From Yuukianura sp. NJ FZ-2021 (lineage: Eukaryota), in NCBI GenBank assembly GCA_046563655.1, contig CM102283.1:5270001-5334000 (forward strand): a stretch of DNA of 64,000 nucleotides, written 5' to 3'. Positions 33,255-45,158 of this stretch are shown one piece after another; position 1 is the stretch's first letter, and the number at the start of each line of letters is the position of its first letter. A program made the translations under genes and the position numbers. The notes beneath the pieces are model-generated. The model ran no database searches. It worked only from the letters and a program-made list of their open reading frames with translations, and had not been told where the DNA came from.

Positions 33255-33540
33255 GAAGCTTTTGAAAAACTTTGGAAAAACAGGTCTCCATGAGATGAAC
33301 AACTTTTGATAAGCCCTTTTTCATCATACTGCACATGGAACCTTTCGACCTTGACATTTGATCCGGAAGGAGTCGAAACATCGGATAATATTCAGTAACG
33401 AACATTCCCGAAACCTCTGTTGTTCAAAAGTGAAAAGTCAAGAAAGATACGGGTAATTTTTAGTGGTTTTCGAGATAATTGCCTCCTACCACGAGACACA
33501 GATAAAATAAAACCATTTGTGGCTTATGCTACTTAATTAA
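33255..33540 (-). mobile_element. Degenerate HINE-family copy (5' part)
   Basis: Minus strand reads aagtagcataagccac...gcaattatctcgaaaacc...ctccttccggatcaaatgtcaaggtc...caaaagttgttcatctcat, colinear with the 58271-58865 copy. Confidence 0.6.
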
Positions 33541-35033
33541 TAACAATTTTTGCGGTCAACTGACAATCTGTAATCTCTCTTCTGCCTGGGAGGATGACGC
33601 CTTTCTCCCATGAATAAAATTTCTTTTCTTGTCCCTGAATCTGAGGTGATGAGAAAGGGGAATCATTTTTTTCGCAGCAAGGAGGACATCCATAATTGAC
33701 TAATTCGGAGTACCCGAAAGTTCGTTCTGGATAGAAGTAAGCACGAACATCGAATCCGGATAAAAACTGGTTTTTCCAGCAATATCCATCTTAAACAACA
33801 TAAGATGTTAAGCCATCTTTGACAAAAAGGTTTGGGAGAGGTGCATTGATGGAGTATTGCTGAACATTTCAGTGGGATTTTTCAGTGAATTGGCTCGGAA
33901 AGTCAGCGATATTTTAGAGGGATTAAAAAAGCGACTTGTTGCCTAACCTGTTAAAGGCAAAATTATTCATAGTTTAGGTTTAATTTTCTTGTTTCTTGAA
34001 AATATATGTTCCAAATCCTTAAAAAACCTGAAAAACTTGAGCCTAATAGGGTAAACAGGGGTACTTGCCTAGTGACCTGCCACCACTCCTTGTTTTCCAG
34101 CACTTGGAAAACTGAATCTTAAAAGCTTTTCGAAATTTGAAATTCAAGAATTCTGGAATTATGGAAATTAGCTTCAACTCATTAGCATGTTTCGAAGTGG
34201 AGTGTGAGATAATTACGAACGAATAACCAGTGAACCTGGTTTTAAATTTTGTATTTTTTATTATGAATAAAAAACTGGTTGTCGATTCCTATTTTAAATA
34301 CTAATGAAATTTATGATGTCCGGACACGTTCTGGCGCTACCAAAATTAAAATTAAATACTATTTGAATTTCCAGATAGAACGTTTTAAGCCTTCAACTAA
34401 AATTTGAATTTCCGGATTACGTTATGGGCTTGTTACAATTGCAACACAAATGCAACACGGGCCTCTTAAAATTTAAATATAAAATTTAAAGGATCCGCAC
34501 TTTGCAGTGATTTTGGATTCTGCACAAATTAAATCGGCCATGAATTTTATTTTGTAGAGGAATCCTTCAGTGTGAAGTGCATGCGAAAGTTTAAATCACA
34601 GGACTAAAATTGTTGAATGTATTTATCATGGACTGATACGATTCGAGAGAACAAAAAGAGGGATGAAAGTGAGTTGGGTGGAAGTGTCCTTGGCAAATTT
34701 TGTCCGTCCACAACACGCGTTAACTCCACTTTAGCTGTGAAGTCGAATTGGAAGAATCCAAGAAAAATGAACGTAACTTCCAACTTCATCAGTGCTGAAC
34801 CCAGCTTCACTTCTGCATCAACTCCATTTTGACGTTAACAAGCCAACGATCCATCCCAGGTGAATAGATTTGATCGTTTAAATATATTATAGTAAATTAA
34901 ATCTAATATATAATAAAAATATAATTGGAAATAACCACTTTAACTATACTGCCTGCAGTAAAAATTGCAATGTCTCTCACGGCTTAGACTTGTATATTTA
35001 AGGCAAAACTTCAGTTTTATTTATGGTAAATTC

Positions 35034-35274
35034 CAAGCGACGAAGTTATTTCGGCAGGTTACACAATAAGTCATTTTTTTCTCCTAAATTTTCGTTGCAA
35101 ACGTTTATTTTTTCACTGATTTTCTTCTAAAGTTGTTGATCACTGTATTTGACAAGTTCTCATTAAACTATCAAATCCAAAAAAAACAAAATAATAATAA
35201 GAAGAGACAGAGGGAGGAGATTGCTCAACCTGTTATTAAGAGAAAAAAACTATATTTTTTGTTTGCCAACCTTG
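35034..35274. mobile_element. Degenerate CAAGG-family MITE upstream of the GS-like gene
   Basis: Right end aacctgtt...aaaaaaactatattttttgtttgccaaccttg matches the other copies. The left end is eroded. Flanks taaattcc / aaaattcc. Confidence 0.5.
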
Positions 35275-35704
35275 AAAATTCCTGTCAGAATCACGATCGA
35301 TTTAAGCGTGCGCGAGGTATTGACTTAGCTGAAACGTCTTTTAATTAAAAAAAAACCTTTCGTGTCAATTTTGCTTTGTATTTTGAATCATAAGTTTCGG
35401 TGATTTTTAGAACATCTGAACATCTCAGACAGCCAGCATCCGACTAGCGTTGAAACGGTATCCGACATTCAAACATTGAATAGGCGTAATCCTACACTCT
35501 TCATCAAGCATAGTCTGTCTAATGGCCGCAAAGGATCAAATTGATCATTTAAAATTGGTTTTTGAACAGCAGTTCACTGAAATTCCAATTTTTTAATTCC
35601 AAAAATAGGTCAAAAATACGATTTTTGATTTTGTCGCTTTGTTCCCATTTGTAATTTTGATGAAGAAGAATATGATTTGATTAACACTTTTTAATTTTTG
35701 TAGC

Positions 35705-36997
35705 ATGGCTTCACCTCTGACGCCCAAGGCAGATGTTGTGCCAAAACACATCCAAGCAACATGGACGGACTTGTCAAATCTCACGCGCTGCCAACTAACT
35801 ACCCGGGAACTCTACAACTCCTACTTCAGCAAAAATGGATTTAGCCAACCCTATTTCATCTTTAGTTTACCGTACATGAATGCACCGCCTTACGAAAGAG
35901 TCACAGAGGAGGTCAGATTTAACATGGACAAGGATACTCCACTTCCACTTCCATGGATGGAAGGAACATCCATTGCATTCGGAAAATTCGAATACAAGGG
36001 CCAACCTTGGGGTTGCTGCCCAAGGAACTTCCTGTCTGCGCAAGAGCAGAAACTCAAATCTGCTGGTATCAACATGCGAATTGGGTTTGAACTGGAATTC
36101 TACTTGCTCAATATGGATGGGACTCCGGTGGATGCAACTGGATATGGAGAACCAATGGCCTTCACAGGGAAGTCATGGACAGTCATTTCAAGCGCGGTGG
36201 ATTTCATGCAGAAATTGGGTATTCCGGTATGGAAGTACCACGGCGAAGCAGGTCCCGGGCAATTCGAAATTTCTATTGGGCCGTTCGAAGGATCGATGCT
36301 GAAAGCCGCCGATTCTCTAGTTCTAGCACGTCAAGCTATTTTTCAAGCTGCAGCGGCCGCTGGGCTCAACGCAACTTTTGCGCCTAGACCAATCCAAGGC
36401 CCTGGCTCATCCGTACACACTACGGTGTCGCTTTGGAGCCCAAACGACGTGAATTTGTTTGAAGTGGATCCGAAGAGAGCCAAGAGCTTCTTGGCCGGAA
36501 TTTTCAATCATCTTCCCAGCTCCATTGTCATTATGTGTGCAAACGGGAATTCTTATGACCGACTTGACCCCTTGGGCTTCTCTGGAGGATTTCACTGCAT
36601 TGGGACAGAAAATAGGAAAGCAGCCATACGATGCTTCAATGACGAAGGTGTGCTGACACGATTTGAAGTCAGGAATCCTGATGGCACTTCAAATCCGCAC
36701 TTGGTCTTGGGGACACTCATTGGGACTGGAATGGACGGCATTGAAAACGGAACGCCACTTTGTCCATTTGTGGAAACAGATCCGCTGTTGCTGCCAGAGC
36801 ATTCTCGCCCGCCAAGACTTCCGATGACATTGGCTAAAGCTATTTCCACTTTTGCTGAATCCAGTTTTAATCGGGAGCTGTACGGAGATGAGCTATTCAA
36901 TCTCCTTTTGCTGGTTCGTAGAGGAGAGGAAGCTTATTGGAGCTCAGCTAATGTTTCAATGAAGGAAAAAATGAACATTGTATTGGAAAAGTACTAA
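35705..36997 (+). CDS. Glutamine-synthetase-like gamma-glutamyl ligase (GSI-like; FluG/PuuA-type catalytic domain), intronless CDS
   Basis: 430-aa ORF with GFELEFYL, HGEAGPGQFEI, ATFAPRP, GSSVHTTVSL, NSYDRL, GTENRKAAIR and RFEVRNPDGTSNPHL. An acceptor-like ttttgtag sits immediately before c-ATG. Confidence 0.88.
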   Translation: MASPLTPKADVVPKHIQATWTDLSNLTRCQLTTRELYNSYFSKNGFSQPYFIFSLPYMNAPPYERVTEEVRFNMDKDTPLPLPWMEGTSIAFGKFEYKGQPWGCCPRNFLSAQEQKLKSAGINMRIGFELEFYLLNMDGTPVDATGYGEPMAFTGKSWTVISSAVDFMQKLGIPVWKYHGEAGPGQFEISIGPFEGSMLKAADSLVLARQAIFQAAAAAGLNATFAPRPIQGPGSSVHTTVSLWSPNDVNLFEVDPKRAKSFLAGIFNHLPSSIVIMCANGNSYDRLDPLGFSGGFHCIGTENRKAAIRCFNDEGVLTRFEVRNPDGTSNPHLVLGTLIGTGMDGIENGTPLCPFVETDPLLLPEHSRPPRLPMTLAKAISTFAESSFNRELYGDELFNLLLLVRRGEEAYWSSANVSMKEKMNIVLEKY

Positions 36998-38719
36998 ATT
37001 TGGCAACAACAAGCATTAGTCACAGTTTTTTCATGAGAGCGTGAATAAGCGTGATACTTTATGACAATTCGACGAGACACCGGAAGCTAATTGATTGCGA
37101 CAAAAGTTTACTAAAACATTCTGTCTATGTCTCCTTATTTTTTTCCGAATTTTTTTTTTCTCAAACGCCAATTTTAAGCAACAATGGTAATTCAATCTGT
37201 GCAATAATAATTTTTATCAATATCACTACAGTTGTAGAAATAAATTCAGACTCGGTGGATTCATAAACTCTGTCTATTAGTACATTATATAAAATGTCCC
37301 TTTGCGTGCAAATGTTAATTGTTTTGCTAACTTTTTAATGTAAAATGCATTTTTTCGTGAATGATTTATTTGTCGAGGAACTTCGACAAAAACTTGTCCT
37401 ACGTTTTTACTCCTTGAATCTACACTTGCAAGGACATGCTTTCTGAATTTTATAATAAAATAAAATTAACATTTTTGTGTGTGTAAAAATCAAATGAAAT
37501 TAATTTAAAATCAAGTTTATAGCTTCTTATTGGTAGGTAAAGGTAACCCATTTCAAATTCTACATGGAGACATATGCTAATGAGTTGGACAAAAATTCCA
37601 AAAAACAGAATTCCTGTATTTCGAGTTTTGAAAAGTTTTTAAGATTCAAATTTCCGACGACAAGGAGGTCATCGGGCACGTCTATGTTGCATGCTAGTAG
37701 GTTCAAGTTTTTCAGGTTTTTTAAGGGTTTAGAACGTAATTTTCAACAATCACTTAAAACTTCAAATTTTAAAGAGTTTTTAATTTTTTTTCGAAAAACA
37801 AGCTTTCGGTGATACTAATGGTTTCTAGTCTTTTATTAAGGTACAGATGGATGAGGCGAAATGTCAAGGAAGATTAATCGTTAAAACTTTGTCTATCGGT
37901 CTGTCACTTGTTTAGTACCAGTTAATGTGAAAAACTCTAAATTTAGCCTCACCCAGGCCGGGAGTCATTATTTTACTGAATGTATTTATGAATGAGGGAT
38001 TTAATTAAAGCCAGAATTAAAGAGCCAATACGTTTACAGTTGTCGTACTTTGTAAACCCAAAATGCATTTTTAAAGCTTCCATTGCAATCAAAAAATCTA
38101 TTTAATACAATGCAATATTCAGATTATGTTTTCTTACATTGGGTTGGAAGAATGTGGATTAAAATAGAAACATCCTCAATAATAAAGTCTAAACACCTAT
38201 AAATTTTTGCTAATTGTTAGTTTTTTCAAAAACTGAGCACGATTTTGGAAAAGTTGTAGCCTCTTGGGAAACTTTTGTGGTTCAACTTTTGTTTTGAATT
38301 TTGAGAATTTGTTTTAGAAAAGACATTTTAAGACATTTTTTTTTTCGCTGTGGTTTTTTTGTTTTTAGAAAGCTGAAACCTTGTAAGTACCTCGATAAGA
38401 TAGCACTTTTAAAATTTATTCCGATATCTCTTCATTGTGGTTTGAACCGGTTTGATCTGCAATTGAAGCCGGTAGATGCATTGCAAAGACGATACAGGTA
38501 CTTATCGTTAGATCTATTCATCACTCACTAAACTGGATACTTTAGGGATAGCAGCCTCGACATTCAGCTAAGGGTAAGAAATGTACCCCCTTAAGTGCCT
38601 CATACATAGACATTACATAAAAGTTGTTCCTTGAATAATTTAGGAACAACTTTCTCAATGCTGATTTGTTAAAATTCTTAAGCAAAATCTTGGAGACCTT
38701 CACGTCTCGCCAGGTTGAG

Positions 38720-39185
38720 GCCACTTTATGTCAAACAAAAACTTAAATCTCAGTCATGTAATCAAAATCCATCTCTACCTACGCACATCCCCCGATTCGG
38801 CTTATCCGTTTCCGAGTTGCAAAGAAACGACCATGCTAGAGGTCACTCTAGGTCTAGGTCAAAGGCAAAGATGAAATCTTGCTTCTTTGGTTGTAAAAAA
38901 TTAATCATTGAAAACTGCTGCCAAATATAATGAATTGCTACAGAATTCCAAAAAGAGAAGAAGATCATATTGACCTCACACCTCGTTGGAGTCCACTTTA
39001 TGTCATTCCGAAACGGGTTTACCGCCATGAAGCCAGGAATTCCCGAAAACCGTTTGAAAAGGAGCCTAATCGTAGTGGAGTTATAACTATTTCAGGCACA
39101 CAGAAAGACAGAGAGACAGACGGACGCACAGGCAGACGAACGGATTGCTGGAAATCAAATAGACGGTATTCATCTGACAAAACTT
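38720..39185 (-). mobile_element. Another HINE/DINE-1-like element (ends approximate)
   Basis: Degenerate (RGAC)n tract at 39101-39143 (GTCY on minus strand), plus ggtcactctaggtctaggtcaaagg core-like motif. Confidence 0.45.
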
Positions 39186-40930
39186 GCGGATTAAGTGAAA
39201 TCTGTCGTAGTAAAACTACAGTATTATGGAACGACCGAATGGTTGGCATTTTGTATTTTAGGTTAGATTTGCACGTTTGGTGTAATTTTTTGAACACGAA
39301 GTTGAATAAAATTGCACCGAAAATCTGTATTTTTTTTTCTTTTTGAAAAATTGAAAATTGTCCTTCGAGTTGCATAGACTAGTTTAAAGAAAGCGTAGGT
39401 ATGAGCTAAATTTTTTTTCGAAAAACTGAAGATAGTAACGTCGAGTAAACAATATACTTTAAAAATGCATGTACAACAAAAACATTTTTGAAAATACAAA
39501 AAATACCGGTTTTAATGCTCATTTTTCCAATTATGTTTGTGTAAAAAATTTACTTAATGTATTGGCGCCAAAATAATTTGTTTGCTGATAGCGTACTAAC
39601 AAGGATCCGCCATGTTCGATGGTTCAAGGGTTACAAATTTGCATAGTGCTGCGTTTCACGTGATTTACCTTTTGGTAAGTAAAATAATGCGTTGTCTAGA
39701 CCGACAAGAATTACGAGGCAACTTTTGATTAAACCAGTTACAAAAGATCAAGGAAGATGGCTGAGAGACTGATTTGACTGCTTTAGTAGTAGGTCTACTT
39801 TTACCGTATGGCATCTAAATGATGGGGATATTCAATGCTTCGTTTTTGGATACTTTGTAAGGGAATTTTTCGTTTCGTTTCCAAACCATTTCTGCGTTTT
39901 CGTTTCCGCCGAGGGATCGAACCTTCATACATAATTCAACATGCATTTCAATCAAGTCAGTGGCTAAAATAATCTGAATGTTGCTTTTTTGGCATGCAAA
40001 TATTATTTAGTGTAGATATTTCTCCACACGAACGACAGTAAATCTCAGGATTTCTCTAAGCTTGAGCTGCATTTTCCCCCATAAAATCTGCAAAATGCAA
40101 TATTTGCTTGATTTGATTTGTGCAAAAGTATATAGAAAAATTTATCGTACGGTTCTCACTGTTCCCAGGTTCCGGACAAACGAATGCAGAAATCATGAAA
40201 CCAGTGAACGACGTTTAGTTATTCGACATCAATGCAGCTTTTGAGGCTGTATATTATTTCGTTTCCAATTTTTTGAGCCGTATTGTTTCAGTTATTTTGT
40301 TGAAACGAAACTAAACGATACAACAGTATCCGCATAACCACATTCTTGAAAAGCTCTCGTTAATATTTTTTATTAGTTTAACTCAAGATAGTTTTTAATT
40401 CTAAAGCCAATTTTACGTTTCGGGCAATCGCACGAAGTTCTAAGAAAGATACGACGGTTCTCGGATAAGGATAAATTTACATAAAAAAAATAATATGTAT
40501 AAATATATTCATAAACTTAAATATTAAAACTGGATTAATACAAATATGCCAGGTTTACATAGAAATATGCACTTTTCCCCCTAGATTTGTGGCATAAAAT
40601 TATTTGTACCGAAAAATGGATTAATTTTGTATTCTGTGCATAATTTATGCATTCATGTTTACACTCAGGTTTTAAAATGTGTGAAATATGTACAATAAAT
40701 TCAACCGAAACAGAAATTAATTTAGTAGTTCGTTGGCAAATACCTTTGCTAGTTAAAGTTACTTTTATAACGTTCTTTCTGAGGAGTGAGGACTGAAAAA
40801 TTCGTACGAGGCCAATTGTATAATCTTTACGGTATTTTTATTAGCTTTGACATTTTTTTTCAATGAAGTAAAGTGTCTAGGGGAAAAGTTTGATTTTTTT
40901 CTTTCATTTCATTTCATTCCCGAAGTCAAG

Positions 40931-43360
40931 ATGGAGCCTGAAGTTGTTGATGCTGTTGTGATCGGGGCTGGATTCTCAGGTAAAATCGCAAACTAATTTT
41001 CACAATTGTTTTATTCATAATTGTTGATTTGTATAATTTTTTCAACTTATAAAGACTTCTGCCAAATTTTGAAACATAAGAACGAGCCTTGAATAAGTTT
41101 TAGTTTCCATAATTCCATGTCATAAGTGCTTCAAACCCAAAAGCGTCTCCATCCATAACAGGCGCGTAACAAATAGTTTTGGCAGGCAAAACAGTTTTCA
41201 ATCATAAACAGGCTTTGTCAAAAAAAAATCCTAAAATCACAAAATCACAATTTTTAATCGTTTTTTTTGGCGCGGTTGTAGAAATATGAAGTAATTGAAA
41301 AATGAATACAACTTTCATAATTTTCATAAGAGAATCAAAGATGCCCTAAAAGGTTGTTTGGTGTTCAAAGCACTGATCACTGCAGTCCATTCAATAATCA
41401 CAGCGCTTTCGGCATTCAGCGCGGAAGAATTAAAAGCGGAGTAAAGGCTCAATTTCGTACGCAGTCAACTCGTAGGTTCAATTTCATAAGCAGTCAATTT
41501 GTATGCTCAATTTCGTCAGCAGCCAATTTGGTAAGCTCAATTTCGTAAGCACGTTTAATTCTTACGCATGCTCGCAATTCGTCAAAAAATAACGAATTCT
41601 ACTGCTTCACATTTTCTAAACATGTTGTGGTCGAGGAAATCCTGGGAGCAACTCGTTCGTTTTTTTTTCTCGTTATTTCGATCATTTTTCTTTTAACGAG
41701 AGGTGTCAAAATATGAACTCGATAAGTCATGGGCCAAATTGTTTTTGTGCCGTAATTCCATAAGACATAATTATTATCGATTATATGCTTTTTTGCAGGG
41801 TTGACCTGTCTGCACGAATTGCGGAAATATGGATTTAGTTGCAAAGTATTTGAAGCTGGAGGGTACTTGGGTGGTACTTGGTACTGGAACTGTTACCCCG
41901 GAGCACGAGTCGACATCGACTACATTTACTACCAGTTCCATCAGGCCGAAATAGGAAGAGATTTTCATTGGACAGAGCGGTTTCCCGGTTGGACCGAACT
42001 TCAAGACTATTTTTCATACATTGATCGACGACACAACTTTAGTCGTGATATTCAATTCAACACTCGTGTCACTGGAGCCAAGTATAACGCAATCAAAAAC
42101 GAATGGGAAGTCAAGACTTCGGACTCGAGAACCACGAGATGTCGCTACTTCATTCTTTGCGTTGGCGCTCAATCTAAACCTTATCGACCAAAATTTGTCG
42201 GGATTGAGTCTTTTCGTGGTCAGTCCTTTCATACGGCCGAGTTAACCGCTGCAAATCAACTTGAGTTCAAAGGCAAGCGGGTTGCTGTAATTGGAACTGG
42301 CGCCAGCGGGGTTCAAGTGATTCAAGAAATTGGCCCGTATGTCCAGCATCTCACTGTACTTCAACGGACTCCCAATACGGCTCTCCCGATGCAACAAAAA
42401 CGCCGAACCGATAAGTGGGAATTTCCAAATGCTGCCGACTATGACGAAATATTTTGTAACAATTTGAAGACGTTTGCTGGAGTGGGCTTGGACCCTGTCC
42501 GAAAGAACTGCATGGACGCCACTCCAGAGGAGCGGGAATCACTCTTTGAGAAGTTGTACGCTCAAGGTGGACTTGCGTTTCGGCTTGCCTCATTTCAAGA
42601 CATGCTTCTCAACCCCGAAGCCAATGAAGAAATTTACAAGTTTTGGATGAAAAAAACGCGGGCCCGGATTACCGATCCGGTGAAACAGAAAATGTTGGCT
42701 CCGGATACCGCTAAGTATCCATTTGCAACTAAAAGACCATGTTTGGAGCAGTCCTACTTTGAAGTTTTCAACCAATCGAATGTGGACTTGATTGATTTGA
42801 GCGAAAACCCAATTGAGAAGGTGAGCGAAAGCGGCTTGAAGTTAAAAATGGGTGACGAGATAAATGTCGACATAATTGTCATGGCAACGGGATTTGATTC
42901 TGTAACGGGGAGTCTGTTGGACATTGACGTTCAGAATGCATCAGGTGAAACTCTGAAGGAACACTGGAAGGACGGCATACGGACTTTGGTTGGCATGGCA
43001 ACCGATGCATTTCCAAACATGTTTATACTTTTCGGGCCACAAGCACCCGCTGATGTTGCCAATGGACCAACGACAGCTAAGATTCAAACTGATTGGCTAG
43101 TTGCTCTCCTTGTATGGATGCGCAGAACTGCTAAAACAAAAGTTGAACCCAAAGTAAGCGCATGCGAAAATTGGGCCAAGTGTGTGCATGCAACGTTTAA
43201 CAAAACGCTGTTTCCATTGGCCAAATCAAATTGGCAAGACGGCTCCAACATTCCAGGGAAGCGAAAGGAACCATTGAGCTTCGGGGGTGGAATTCCATCT
43301 TACATGCGAGCATTGGCAGAGGCTGCTGCGGATGACTACGCCAAATTCAACTTCGCTTAA
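40931..43360 (+). CDS. Type I Baeyer-Villiger monooxygenase (copy 2); exons 40931-40979 and 41799-43360
   Basis: Exon 1 encodes MEPEVVDAVVIGAGFS(G). Motifs GGTWYWNCYPGARVD, fingerprint FRGQSFHTAEL (Trp replaced), GTGASG, TKRPCLE and ATGFD. Colinear paralog of copy 1. Confidence 0.93.
41447..41583. repeat. Minisatellite (~29-bp unit, gctcaatttcgtaagcagtcaatttgta-like) in BVMO2 intron
   Basis: Four to five degenerate tandem copies are visible. Confidence 0.7.
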
Positions 43361-43378
43361 TTACTCCTTCACATTCAG

Positions 43379-43610
43379 CAAGGTTGCTACAGCGACTAAT
43401 TGCATTTCCTACAATAGGTTGTTCATTAACTCCGAGTTTTATAAAACTTTTTGGACCAATTTTGAACCAATTTCCATTAGATTACATACAAATCATTACC
43501 AAAGAAAGGCACAGCGAAGACAGTTTTGCAAATTATTTAGCAAAATTAAAAACTTCGAGTTATTGAATAACCTGTTGTAGAAAAAACAATCTGCTTGTTT
43601 AGCAACTTTG
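43379..43610. mobile_element. CAAGG-ended MITE with perfect 8-bp TSD just after the BVMO2 stop
   Basis: Ends caaggttgcta...tagcaactttg, with TSD acattcag at 43371-43378 and 43611-43618. Confidence 0.85.
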
Positions 43611-45158
43611 ACATTCAGTTTCATCTTGCCTAATTCAACATCATATTCTAATTATTAACGTAACGCCATAATAATTAACGTGTCCCAGAAGTTAATTTCT
43701 CATATTTCTATTTTATTTCTAACCAAAAAAAATTATCTTCTAATTCCAGTTCCAAAAAACGTTCCACCAGACTATTTTTTTAATTTTAAGGGCACAATTT
43801 CTAAGACCCTATGCCTAATATGTCGTAGTCGGTAAAAATTCTGAACATTGGTTATATGTAATGAAGTAAATGCCTATTACTACTTCAGCAAACCGTCTGG
43901 CGGCGTCTGAATCGATTCTTGGTTAAACTGATTTGAATTTCGATTGAAAAGTGTTTATGGCTTCACGTTTCCGAGCACAACTATGAATTTATTAACCTTG
44001 GTTTAACATAGACACTGATTTTTTTTTGGATGTGCTTGAGTTGCGGGAAAAAACGCTCCCCGAAAAATGGCAGCATGACATAAACGATGCAAAGATACGG
44101 ATACGAATAGTAATTTTGCAAAATTCATGCAAACCACAACTTAGAATGGCACAGGTTCACCTCCGAGTTGTTGAAAAGGTCAAAAGGTCAAATAACATCT
44201 AAAATAAAAAAAAATCCACTACCTGATTTGGCGTAAGATAAAGTTATGTTCTTCTTAAGAGAACAAGAATGGATTTTAAATTCTTGCATTATTTTTACAA
44301 CTCCAAGTGGTGACATGTTTCGGTTTTTGAAATGCTTTTCTTGTATGCACGATTTTTTTTTCGGCCACACCTATTCCGAATGCCTGGATTCAAGTTTTTC
44401 CACTACGAAGGAAGCATGTCATGAGGTTACTACATTAAATTGTTTAAACAAAATTTCCATTTTCAAAACTGGATTCAAATAAGTGGTTGTCTGATGCTAA
44501 TGAATATTCGATGAAGATATTAAATGCTTGAACAGGTTTTACGCAAACTGATTGAGCGACATTCCGGACTCAACACTTACGGAATAGTAATGCAATTGGT
44601 AACTATTGTCACTAACTCACAAGAAAAAGTCGAAGGTGAAAGCAAATAGCAAAATAACTGAAAATTGAATCATGGCGCCACAACCAAAGTAACCCATCTT
44701 TATTTGTAAATTAAATATGTCACTTTTTACTTCCTCAATCTAAATTTTAAGTAATACTACAAAAAACTACAAAGTGTGACAGAAAAGTACATGTCTTTTG
44801 CAGAAAAACTCCTTACAATATAGCAATATGTCGTGGAAATGTAAACTTGAATGGCGCCGAGGCTGCAGTGTGGAGACCATAATCTAAATTATTGCAATCA
44901 CCTTGTAATTCCATTCTAATTTATTAATCTTAATATCTGCAACAAAGTGCAACCTGCAACGAGGTTGACGACCTAACCAACTGCTGCGAAAATTAAGCGT
45001 TATATTGTATTTTTATAAATTGGAATTATGAAGCCACTAACCTATAAGTTTGATTGCATATTGCATGTGTTCACTTTACTTCTACTGTTCGCATGCGCCG
45101 TGACTTTATTGGTTCCAGACGTTGAACTACAGACATCAACCACAATAGGCAATTTGAA

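Noticed and set aside
33585-33601. 17-bp exact match (cctgggaggatgacgcc) to the BCAT exon at 26569-26585
   Set aside because: Similarity does not extend on either side, and the segment belongs to the repeat shared with 1-80. It is treated as chance rather than a BCAT pseudogene.
14705-43360. Bacterial or fungal contamination as the source of the microbial-type ORFs
   Set aside because: They are interleaved with intron-rich animal genes, several carry host-style introns, and they share the same MITE and HINE families in their flanks. There is no operon structure. Long reads would be the final test.
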